A DNA stretch of 64,000 nt. Origin: an uncultured Bacillota bacterium (GTDB lineage: Bacteria; Bacillota; DTU025; MWDF01). The notes beneath the pieces are model-generated. The model did not search any database. It was not told the DNA's origin and saw only the letters and a program-made list of their open reading frames with translations. How positions within the stretch are numbered: the first letter of the stretch is position 1; the number at the start of each line of letters is the position of its first letter. Made by a program: the position numbers and the translations under genes. The DNA is taken from NCBI GenBank assembly GCA_963823655.1, contig CAWGMK010000004.1:32001-96000 (forward strand). Direction: 5' to 3'. Below are positions 55,332-64,000 of this stretch, piece by piece.

Positions 55332-56870
55332 GCCCCGGCTACCTCCTCGGACAGAAGGCGTATGGCCTTCCTGACCCTATCAAGGCAGATATCTTTACCC
55401 AGAAGGTGCATGCTCTCGAACATCGGCGGCGTCACCCTCTTGCCAGTCAGAGCCACCCTTACTTGCATCAGGAAATCGCCCAGCTTCATGCCTGCCGCTT
55501 CGATCGCCGACCTGAAAGCCGCCTCAATGGCATCCCTCTCCCAGACCGATATGCCCTCGATTACCTTCTCGGCCTGGTTGAGTATGTTCAGGGAGAACGC
55601 AGCGTCGTGCGACTGCTTGTCGCGGAATGTGACGGGCTTCAAGGCCCACCTCGTCAGTGAACAGGAAGCCCAGCATATCAGGCGCTTCGGTAAGCCTTGT
55701 TATCCTGTCGTGGATCTGCGTCGTCGCCTCTTCCAGGAACTTTCTGTCGTACTTGTGGCCTGCGCAAACCGGAACCGCCTCGCATCCTAACAGGTCCGGC
55801 TTATGGCGCCCGTTCCAGCACTGAGGAAGCAGCCCTGCGTCCTTGATGAATGGCAGTATGCGGTCCGCAAGCTCGGGCACAGACATCTTCCTTATGTACT
55901 CGCCGTTGAACCAGTCCAGCTTCTTGATGTCGAATATCGCGTCCGACTTGGACAGGTTCTCCAGGCTGAATGCCTCCACAAGCTCGTCCATGCTAAACAT
56001 CTCGCGCTCGGTGCCGGGGTTCCAGCCCAGAAGCGCCAGGAAGTTTACAAGCGCTTCAGGGAGATAGCCCATCTGCCTGAACTCGCCGATGTAGACGGCG
56101 CCTGCCCTCTTGGAAATCTTCGTGCGGTCGGGGTTTAGCATGAGTGTGAGATGCCCGAACTTGGGCGCCTTCCATCCCATTAAATCATATATGACCAGCT
56201 GGTCGAATGTGTTTGTCAGGTGCTCTACCGCCCTCATCACGTGCGTCATGTCCATGAGGTGCTCATCGACGACTGTGGCGAAGTTGTAGACCGGAGAGCC
56301 GTCGGATTTGACTATGACGAAGTCTCCGCGCTCTCCCATGTCCTTGACCTGGTGCTCGCGCAGTATGTCGTCGAATTCGTAGACTTTGGCGGGCACCCTT
56401 ACTCTTATGACGGGCTTCCTGCCTTCTGCCTCGAAGCCTTGCCTCTGCTCTTCGGTGAGGTGGGCGCATTTGCCGTAGTAGCGAGGCGGCTTGCCCGCTG
56501 CCATCGCGTCCTCGCGCTCTTTATCCAGCTCCTCTTTCGAGCAGTAGCACTTGTAGGCGTGATCCCTGGAAATGAGGTCGTCTACAACCTTCTTGTAGGT
56601 GTCTTCGCTTTCCATCTGCCTGTAGGGGGCGTAAGGCCCACCCACATCCGGGCCCTCATCCCATCTTATACCCAGCCAACGCAGGCCCTCCAGCACGCCT
56701 TCCTCGGATTCCTTCGTGCTTCTGGAAAGGTCCGTGTTGTCTATCCTCATAACGAACTTGCCGCCCATTTTCCTGGCGTAGAGCATATTGTACAGAGCGG
56801 TCCTGGCGGTGCCCACATGGCAGTTGCCAGTGGGGCTCGGGGCGATTCTCACCCTTACTGCCTCGGTCAT
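55328..56870 (-). CDS. gltX: Glutamate--tRNA ligase, frameshift near 55645
   Basis: [12 protein letters not shown]-like [28 protein letters not shown]. Confidence 0.93.
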
Positions 56871-57068
56871 ATCCATCCCTCCTGTGCGCACCCCAAAAAA
56901 GGCGCGCCTATGTGCAGGTCCTAACTAAATTATTTTACCATAGCTACGGGCTGTTTGACTTGACGTGGGAATGAAAATGGGAACATCGACGGCCCCTTTT
57001 GGCGCAGCTTAAGGCATTTGGTCAACAGATGCTATAATTATTCTATTATGCCTTCTAAGGAGGACCAC

Positions 57069-57596
57069 ATGGAAGCATTCGATGCGATTCTGACAAGGCG
57101 AAGCATCAGGAAGTACAAACCGGTGAAGGTGTCGGATGAAAATGTCAAGAAGCTGCTGGAGTGCGGTTTCGCAGCGCCTACGGCCAGGAACAAGAGGCCT
57201 TTACATTTTCTAGTAATCGAGGACAGGGGCCAGCTTATCGCGCTTGGCGCAATGCATGTCTTCACCGCGATGGTCGCCCAGTCCGCGCTGTCCATACTCG
57301 TGTGCGGGGATCTGGGCCTTGAGGACAGAAGGCAGTTTCTGGACCAGGACGGCTCGGCCGCGACGCAGAACATCCTGCTGGGAGCGCATGCTATGGGCCT
57401 TGGGGCGGTATGGTGCGGCGTACCGAAGGACGGCGAGCGCGAGATAGCCATAAGGGGCATCTGCGGCTTGCCTGAAAACATTGTGCCGGTATCGCTTGTG
57501 GCAATCGGCGTGCCTGATGAGAAGAAGGATGCGCCTGACAGGTATGACGGCACAAGGGTGAGGCAGACCGCTGGTAACGGTATAACATTGGCATAA
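57069..57596 (+). CDS. Nitroreductase family protein (extreme C-terminus possibly frameshifted)
   Basis: ILTRRSIRKY, APTARN, QNILLGAHAMGLGAVWCG. Confidence 0.9.
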   Translation: MEAFDAILTRRSIRKYKPVKVSDENVKKLLECGFAAPTARNKRPLHFLVIEDRGQLIALGAMHVFTAMVAQSALSILVCGDLGLEDRRQFLDQDGSAATQNILLGAHAMGLGAVWCGVPKDGEREIAIRGICGLPENIVPVSLVAIGVPDEKKDAPDRYDGTRVRQTAGNGITLA

Positions 57597-57623
57597 CTTG
57601 GCAATCATCCACGGAAGGGACTA

Positions 57624-58337
57624 ATGATGGATACGATACTATTCGACTTGGACGGCAGCTTGCTGCCCATGGATCAGGACGCCTTCGTCAAAGCATATTT
57701 CAAGCAGCTGGCATTGAAGCTCTCCCATTACGGCCACACTCCGGAGAAGCTGATAAAGGGCGTTTTATACGGTACGGATGCGATGTTGGCAAACGACGGC
57801 TCCATGACCAACGAGGCGAGGTTCTGGATTGCCTTTGAGCAGGTTATGGGAGATGGAATACGCTCGCAGGAGGGCCATTTCGAGGACTTCTACCGAAACG
57901 AGTTCAACGGTGTGAAGGAACACACCCAGCCTTCGCTGCTTGCCGACCTGATCATCAAGTCCGCAAAGCGGAAAGGCTACCAGCTGGTGCTTGCCACAAA
58001 CCCCATATTCCCCCAAGTGGGCACATACGCCCGCATGGGATGGGCGGGGCTTGACCCTTCGGATTTCTCGCTGGTTACGACTTATGAGGCATTTTGCAGC
58101 TGCAAGCCCAATCTCGCCTACTACCGCGAGGTGCTGGCCAAGATTGGCTCACAGGCTGCTAACTGCCTGATGATAGGCAATGACGTCAAGGAGGATATGT
58201 GCGCCGCCGAAATTGGCATGGACGTATTCCTGCTCACCGATTGCCTAATCAACAAGGAGGGCAAGGATACCTCAGCTTACAGGAGCGGAAGCATGGCGGA
58301 CCTGTTTGATTTCATCGAAGCGCTGCCTCAGCTTTAG
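57624..58337 (+). CDS. HAD-family hydrolase
   Basis: FDLDGSLL, LATNP, CKP, MIGND...D. Confidence 0.88.
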   Translation: MMDTILFDLDGSLLPMDQDAFVKAYFKQLALKLSHYGHTPEKLIKGVLYGTDAMLANDGSMTNEARFWIAFEQVMGDGIRSQEGHFEDFYRNEFNGVKEHTQPSLLADLIIKSAKRKGYQLVLATNPIFPQVGTYARMGWAGLDPSDFSLVTTYEAFCSCKPNLAYYREVLAKIGSQAANCLMIGNDVKEDMCAAEIGMDVFLLTDCLINKEGKDTSAYRSGSMADLFDFIEALPQL

Positions 58338-58342
58338 CCCTT

Positions 58343-59458
58343 CTAAAGCTTCACGCTGATCAGCTCGTCCGAATCCAGGACGAGGATTCCGCCCGGGACG
58401 CTGAATATGTCCACATTCCCGTTTGCCCCGGGTACGCTTATCTTCGCTTTTTCGGATAAGGTCATCCCCAAGAATGGATGATCCCATCCTCCACCGGCAC
58501 ATAGAACCCGCCCGGCGCCTTTATGGGCTTGCCTGTAGCCTTCTCGGACAAACGCCCGCTAAGCTTGACCTTGCCTGATTTTGCGTCTATAAGGCTAAGC
58601 CCGGTGCGATCCTCTTCTATTAGCAGCAAGGCCCCATCATTGCCCAAAACCAGGAATGACGGCAGCTTCGATTGCAATCTCCAGGCAACGTCGTTGGGCT
58701 TCTCTGTCGACCATGACAGAAGCCCTGCATTGGCGTCCGCTAGGACCACCTGATCGGGGCCAGTCACGACCGCAAATTCAATATTGATGTCCGGTATCGG
58801 GGGCTTTGGCATGACGTGGTTCAAGTAGCTTACGACTGAGCCATCTGCGAGGCTTACCAGGTTAATGAACTCGAAGCCGATTGTAACGTCTGTTTCGAAC
58901 ATCCTTATCATTTTGCCTATGGTTAGTACTTTGTCCTGATCCATGAATTCCAGGAACCGAACCGGCCCCGGCCTTACGGGAAATCAGGTAGAGCAGTCAT
59001 AGGATGGGGTTGTCTGATTCTCGGGGTAGTGCTCCCACAGAAGCTCCCCATCGCCGCTGAAGGCCTGCGTTCCGTATCCGGTGCCCATTATTATCGCCCC
59101 GTCCGGCGTTGGCATTATGGAATAAATCTGAGCGTTCGCCTCGAACGCACACTCCAGTCAGCCATCTACTCCCAGTTTCGTAAGTTGTGACCCGTATGCC
59201 GCGAATACCTCGCCTTTGGGGCCGAATGCCAAAAGCTCCACATCGGCCGGGGCCTCCCAGTACCACGACTCCTGCCCGTCCTTGCCGATTGCGATCACCT
59301 CGGCGTCTGTTCCCACTACGACGGAGCCGTCGCCAGAGACCGCAATGCAGTTGGCCTCGACCTTATATCTCCAGCTTATCGAGGCTGCTTCGGCGGCTGC
59401 AGTCAGCGCTTGCCGCGAATACAAGCAGCATAATCGCTGCAATCATAAGTCTTTTCAA
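58343..59458 (-). CDS. Secreted PQQ-like beta-propeller protein with two in-frame TGA codons (candidate selenoprotein) and three apparent single-base insertions
   Basis: GGAGGTGA SD, TTG start, signal peptide, repeats DGQESWYW / DG*LECAF / DGELLWEH. ORFs 59158-59442 and 58462-58944 are in one frame, interrupted only by TGA at 59160 and 58986. Confidence 0.6.
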
Positions 59459-59554
59459 AATGCGGCTCACCTCCGTTCCTACAACGATGCTTTTATACCG
59501 AGATATTACTTTATCGCTGACCCTTTCTCAACTATAGCCCATGCTTTACGGATA

Positions 59555-60838
59555 TCAGGACTTGGCGCCTTCTGCGTTGTTGATTTTCCTCGCGTTCTCC
59601 TCGATGTTCATGATCTGGGGAATCGACGCTACCAGCAGGCTTAGCAAAATGCATATGGCACCTGCCATCACATACCATATCCGGTTTCCGAACGCATCCG
59701 ATACCGGACCGGCGATCAAAAGGCTCAAAGGCATCATGGCAGCCGCCCCCGCGTTGATTATCGAGAAGACGCGCCCCTGCATGTCCTGATTCACAGTTGA
59801 TTGTATGATGGCGATAACCGGACCGTTGCAGAATACCTGCATGAAACCTGTAATGAAGCAGCCCGCCAGAAGCCCCATATACAATGACACCGGCGATAGC
59901 CCCATGAGCATGACGCCGACTCCCATGCCAAGCAAACCAAGCAATGTCGTCCTTATCCTCTTCTTGAAGCCGCCCCAGGCAGAAAGTATCGCACCTCCCA
60001 CAATTGCGCCGATTCCCATCGCAGTCTCCGTCCACGCAAGCTCGATTGCCCCCAGCCCGAAGTCCTTCGTAACCAGCAGCGGCATTAGCGAACCGACGGG
60101 GGCGAACAGGAAGTTCAACAGCATCGCGAACATGATGAGCCCAAGAAGACCCGACCAGCTGCGGATGTACTTCAGGCCTTCAAACAAGTCATGGAAGTAT
60201 GTCGTGCGCGCAACATCCCCGCGCATCTGCGCAACCTGGCGCGGAGGCGACGGTATCTGCACGACTAATAATGTGAGCACTGCGAAGAACGCGGTGCCGA
60301 GGTCTATGGCAAGGACTCCTTGCGTCGGCAGCACCATGATGAGAAGTGCGCCCAGCGGCGGGGCGATTATCGCCATGATCCCCTGCAGGGCCTGGTTGAG
60401 GCCCCCTACCCTGGTAAGATGCCTCTCGGGTACAAGAAGGCTCGTGGACGCTATCATCGCCGGCTGATGGAAAGCGCCTCCAAGAGAGCGGATCATGAGG
60501 ATGATGAACACATGCCATATCTGCACGGCATCGAGCATGAACAGGATCATGAGCACACCGGTGGCAACGGCCACGGACGTGTCGGCGACTATCATTATCA
60601 TGCGCCTGTTAAGCCTGTCTACAAGCGGGCCTATGAAGGGCGCAGCCACTATCTGGGGAAGCACCGCCATTATCGTTGCCGTCGCCAATACTGTCGCAGA
60701 GCCCGTCTTCTGGGTCAGCCACCACACCAGGGCGAACTGGACCAGGGATGAGCCCAAAAGCGAAAGCGCCTGGCCGATCCAAATGAGGAAAAACCTGCCC
60801 GCCCACCGTTCGTCCGGAATACCCTGCCCTATGCTCAT
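59555..60838 (-). CDS. MFS transporter, DHA3/Mef(A)-like
   Basis: IWIGQALSLLGS..VQFALVWWLT..TGSA, DRLNRR, QSTV..DMQGRVFS. Confidence 0.88.
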   Translation of the reverse strand: MSIGQGIPDERWAGRFFLIWIGQALSLLGSSLVQFALVWWLTQKTGSATVLATATIMAVLPQIVAAPFIGPLVDRLNRRMIMIVADTSVAVATGVLMILFMLDAVQIWHVFIILMIRSLGGAFHQPAMIASTSLLVPERHLTRVGGLNQALQGIMAIIAPPLGALLIMVLPTQGVLAIDLGTAFFAVLTLLVVQIPSPPRQVAQMRGDVARTTYFHDLFEGLKYIRSWSGLLGLIMFAMLLNFLFAPVGSLMPLLVTKDFGLGAIELAWTETAMGIGAIVGGAILSAWGGFKKRIRTTLLGLLGMGVGVMLMGLSPVSLYMGLLAGCFITGFMQVFCNGPVIAIIQSTVNQDMQGRVFSIINAGAAAMMPLSLLIAGPVSDAFGNRIWYVMAGAICILLSLLVASIPQIMNIEENARKINNAEGAKS

Positions 60839-60890
60839 CTGCGGCTCTCCTTTTCGATAAGGCATTCTTCTACAAAGCTTGCAGCCTGCC

Positions 60891-61274
60891 CTAGGAAATC
60901 CTGTCCGCTAACGCCTCTTTTAATTTCGGGTCGATATCCAGAATTCCTTTAACCCTTATGGATTCGATCACTTCCCTGGCAAGACCCGGCTCTATATCCC
61001 GGGCAAGGCGCAGCAGCCCGATAATAGTCAGCTTCAGGCGCTCGTTTCTCGCCTTGTAGCCTTCAAGCTCGGCTTTTGAGTACACAAGCACACCGACTAC
61101 AAATGATGAGCGGCGTATCGCCTGCTGCAGCTCCATGTCATGCCGTTCCAGCTGATTGCGTATCGCGGTCCTTATGAAGTCCGTGCGGTTGGAGTAAAGG
61201 GCCTCCTGGACAAGAAGGTCCACTTTGCCAAGGTCCACCGCCGACATATTGATAGTTACTTTCTCAGTATCCAT
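60891..61274 (-). CDS. CopG/RHH family transcriptional regulator
   Basis: TEKVTINM..VDLGKVDLLV...YSNRTDFIRTAIRNQL. Confidence 0.85.
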   Translation of the reverse strand: MDTEKVTINMSAVDLGKVDLLVQEALYSNRTDFIRTAIRNQLERHDMELQQAIRRSSFVVGVLVYSKAELEGYKARNERLKLTIIGLLRLARDIEPGLAREVIESIRVKGILDIDPKLKEALADRIS

Positions 61275-61307
61275 GGGTTTCCCTCCGCGATGTAAATGCT
61301 AAAATAA

Positions 61308-61326
61308 CATCCATATACCATCCACA
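61308..61326 (-). promoter_or_regulatory. Direct repeat upstream of the CopG-family gene (putative autoregulatory operator)
   Basis: CATCCA repeated at an 11-bp period (61308, 61319), about 35-50 nt upstream of the ATG. Confidence 0.45.
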
Positions 61327-61535
61327 TGGCTGATATTCTCATGAATATCCCGTTATGTCAAGCGTCGCAAATGCAAGCCCAAGTGACGGCTTCAATACCA
61401 TAAAGGACCATTGCAAAGCCGCATAACCGGCAAAATGCCCTATCCTATGGATTTTCCTGCCATATTGCGTCCATTTTAGAGGAGTTCTTGTAAAACGTGT
61501 CCAATTGGTATTTAGTACAGGAAAGGAGCATATGC

Positions 61536-62186
61536 ATGAAGCTTACTCGTATAGCATTGGCAGCGCTGTTAGTACTGGTTGCGTTGTTATCTGCAGGCTG
61601 CATGAAGACATGGTCATTAGACTTCACCAATAATACGGGCGGTTGGAATTCCCTAATAGGTTGGGAAGACCCCGGAATCAACTCGTGCGGCGATTACGGC
61701 CTGCTCCTAAGCGGCGTAACCTTGATGGGAAACTACGGTTTCACAGGCAATGTCGAATACTCTGTGACTTTCGATCTTGATGTGGCGCCCGGCAACGAGT
61801 TGGAAAAGTTTGAGATCTACCTGGGAAACGGGACTGACCCCGCGGCGCAGTTTCTCAAGGTGAAATTCGAACAGGTGGGCAACAGCTCCAGCGAGTACTA
61901 TGCCATGTTCGACAACGGCACTAAGATCCACGATGCCATCTATATCCCGGGAACAGTCTATAGCGGAAGCAATACCGTCAAGATCGTGGTGGAGGAGGGC
62001 TTTGTGTCCTTCTACATGAACAACGCGGTGCTTTATGAGGACTACGCTATCGGCAATTACTCTGCCCCGTTCCTGGTTCCATACGTGTTCGTCCAGCAGG
62101 GCTCCCCTGAGGAAGATGAGGAGCTGCTGATGCTCAAGAGCCTGAAAGTGAAATATTCGGGAGATAAGCAGAGCATGTTCACCTAA
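61536..62186 (+). CDS. Acidic lipoprotein, predicted ConA-like beta-sandwich (paralog 3)
   Basis: Lipobox SAGC, KTWSLDF, FTGNVEYSVTFDLDV. GAAAGGAG SD. Confidence 0.7.
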   Translation: MKLTRIALAALLVLVALLSAGCMKTWSLDFTNNTGGWNSLIGWEDPGINSCGDYGLLLSGVTLMGNYGFTGNVEYSVTFDLDVAPGNELEKFEIYLGNGTDPAAQFLKVKFEQVGNSSSEYYAMFDNGTKIHDAIYIPGTVYSGSNTVKIVVEEGFVSFYMNNAVLYEDYAIGNYSAPFLVPYVFVQQGSPEEDEELLMLKSLKVKYSGDKQSMFT

Positions 62187-62220
62187 CAAGAGCGCAAAAC
62201 AAGCATTCCTCCTTCAGCAC

Positions 62221-62250
62221 AAAGCCGGCCCTTAAAAGGCCGGCTTTGCA
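62221..62250. terminator. Hairpin between convergent genes
   Basis: AAAGCCGGCC-N7-GGCCGGCTTT. Confidence 0.65.
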
Positions 62251-62275
62251 ATACAGTATGGTATCAGGCTTATCT

Positions 62276-63622
62276 CTAGTGGTCAGTGGACCCTGTGAAG
62301 TTGAACTTGGCGACCTTTATTGCCGGCACCATATACCCGCTTGGTATGTTGGAATTGCCGCCGTACAGCTTCCTCTTTGAGCTGATGAGCTCTACGCTTC
62401 TGAACACGCCGTCCAGTATGGAATCCGTGAAGCGCAGGTTCCTGAGCGGCTTCGTGATGACGCCGTTTTCAATGAGGAAAGTGCCGTCCTTGGTCATGCC
62501 TGTGAACATCGTCTTTATCGGATGTATCGGGTTCACATAGTGGAACCTCGTAACATATATGCCCCTCTTGGTGGCCTTTATCATCGATTCGATGTCGGAA
62601 TTGCCCCCAGCGAGCCTCAGGTGCATGGCCTGGTTTGCGAACATCACGCCCGGCGGCATCGCATGTCCCGTCGACTTGGTGCCCGCAAGCATTGCCGAAG
62701 ACGAGTCGAACAGCATCCCTGCCATAACCCCGTCTTTAATGATCTGCACCCTTTCGCGCGGCGTTCCCTCATAGTCGAAGGGCATCTGTATCGTGTCCGA
62801 TTCCAGCCCGTCATCCTCGATGCTTATAAGCGGGCTGGTCACCTGCTGGCCCATGCGCCCTGACGCGAAGCTCTTGCCCTCGTAGTAGCTCATGCCGTTT
62901 ATGCCGCACATCGCAAGTACGTTTAGCATCGTGTCAACCGCGTTCGACTCGAATACCACTTCATACTCGCCCGCCTCTATTGGCTGCGGGTTTGCGCTTC
63001 TTACGCACTTGTCCACCGCAGTGCCTGCGACTGCCGCGAAATCCAGGTCCTTCACATCAACCGAGACCTGGTCGCTGAGGCCCGTGCCGCCTGCGGCGCT
63101 CATCGCAACGACCTTGTAGTAGGCGGCAGTGCCCAGATTGTAAGCAAGCACCCCTTTGGTGTTCGCAACCAGCGTACCCGTCTCAGCGGCCCTCACGGTC
63201 CCGCTTGCAATGACTCCCGCGGCATCAGCCTTGCTTATCGCGACTCCCGCCGCCTCCGCTATGTCATAAGGCGAGAACTTCGCAGTAGATTCCCTGTATG
63301 AGTCCACCTTCTTGTACTCTGACGGCCCGGGCATCCCCGCATAGCTTGGGCTGTCCGGCAGCTCGCTGGCGATCGCGTTCGCCCTAACAAGCGCCGATTG
63401 CAGGTCCTCGAGGTGGTTGGTCCTTACGACGCCCACCTTCTTGCCCCTTGCCACCCTTATGGTGAAGTCTGTGTTGGACAGCACGCTGTTCTGGTGGATT
63501 TCGGAGTTGGAGAAGCGCGCAAGCTTTACATCGGAGTCCACTGCGACTACATCGACTTCAGCGCCCTTGATCCCCCTTAGGACGTCCAGGACGGCCCTTT
63601 CTATCCTTTCCCTTCCTACCAT
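62276..63622 (-). CDS. TldE/PmbA family protein
   Basis: ARFSNSEIHQN, PFDYEG, STGH, YVTRFHY, TGMTKDG, NLRF. Confidence 0.88.
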   Translation of the reverse strand: MVGRERIERAVLDVLRGIKGAEVDVVAVDSDVKLARFSNSEIHQNSVLSNTDFTIRVARGKKVGVVRTNHLEDLQSALVRANAIASELPDSPSYAGMPGPSEYKKVDSYRESTAKFSPYDIAEAAGVAISKADAAGVIASGTVRAAETGTLVANTKGVLAYNLGTAAYYKVVAMSAAGGTGLSDQVSVDVKDLDFAAVAGTAVDKCVRSANPQPIEAGEYEVVFESNAVDTMLNVLAMCGINGMSYYEGKSFASGRMGQQVTSPLISIEDDGLESDTIQMPFDYEGTPRERVQIIKDGVMAGMLFDSSSAMLAGTKSTGHAMPPGVMFANQAMHLRLAGGNSDIESMIKATKRGIYVTRFHYVNPIHPIKTMFTGMTKDGTFLIENGVITKPLRNLRFTDSILDGVFRSVELISSKRKLYGGNSNIPSGYMVPAIKVAKFNFTGSTDH

Positions 63623-64000
63623 TTGCCAACACCTACTTTCACGTTCCTGAACCTTGCGGGCGCACAGCCGTGCCCTACGTGGGCCACTTGCATGGGCTCG
63701 CCCTTTCCGCAGTTGGGAACGCCCCAAAGCACCCATTCGGACTCGTTCGCCACGCCGTCGCAGCTTCCCCAGAACTCCGGGGTCTTGCCGGTGTAGGTCG
63801 GGTTCTTGACTAATCCCGTAACCTTGCCGCCTTTGATGCGCCAGCCTATCTCGCAGCCGAACTGGAAATTGATCCTGGTATCGTCAATGCTCCAGCTCTT
63901 GATGCCTGTCATCATCACGCCGTCCTCGGTGCCTGCTATCAGCGACTCCAGGGTCTCGTCCCCAGAGGCGAGGCAGACATTGGTCATCCTAACCATGGGA
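63616..64000 (-). CDS. tldD: TldD family protein, C-terminal part
   Basis: RMTN, SWSIDD.R.NFQFGCE, CGKGEP.Q...GH..APARF. Overlaps the tldE start. Confidence 0.88.
   Translation of the reverse strand, partial: PMVRMTNVCLASGDETLESLIAGTEDGVMMTGIKSWSIDDTRINFQFGCEIGWRIKGGKVTGLVKNPTYTGKTPEFWGSCDGVANESEWVLWGVPNCGKGEPMQVAHVGHGCAPARFRNVKVGVGKW

Noticed and set aside
56871-57060. T-box riboswitch upstream of gltX
   Set aside because: The region is short and has no GGTGGxACCGCG T-box or antiterminator.
58462-58464. Third in-frame TGA in the beta-propeller gene as another Sec codon
   Set aside because: It is better explained by nearby single-base insertions. The corrected frame reads IIILGDDLSEKAKISV...VKL and ends at TAG 58343.

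Overview
This is a bacterial chromosome segment with Bacillota-like gene order (polA...coaE-slt; pcrA-ligA-gatCAB; B. subtilis-type Pho boxes). Most of it is housekeeping: tRNA-Leu(GAG), oppD/F, pncB, polA, class II RNR (nrdJ), a MacAB-like ABC system, hspR-dnaK-grpE-dnaJ-clpB, pho/pst, gatCAB, ligA, pcrA, gltX and tldD/E. Many genes, including essential ones, are split by single-base indels, so the assembly is noisy and most apparent pseudogenes are probably intact. Main leads: (1) a translationally coupled RNA-modification operon encoding an atypical TGT with an altered base pocket, an ArmA/Rmt/FmrO-family 16S rRNA m7G1405 methyltransferase, RsmI and an HExxH protein; (2) a secreted PQQ-like beta-propeller gene with two in-frame TGA codons, in CxxU and UxxC contexts, each followed by a SECIS-like hairpin (candidate new selenoprotein); (3) a ~600-aa outer-membrane beta-barrel-like gene with a long leader inserted between polA and coaE, suggesting a diderm lineage; (4) a candidate ECF-sigma-driven sRNA with an anti-SD motif; (5) an AT-rich island remnant with an HNH nuclease next to a decayed tRNA 3' half (att scar). 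All family calls come from motif recognition by eye, not from database searches.
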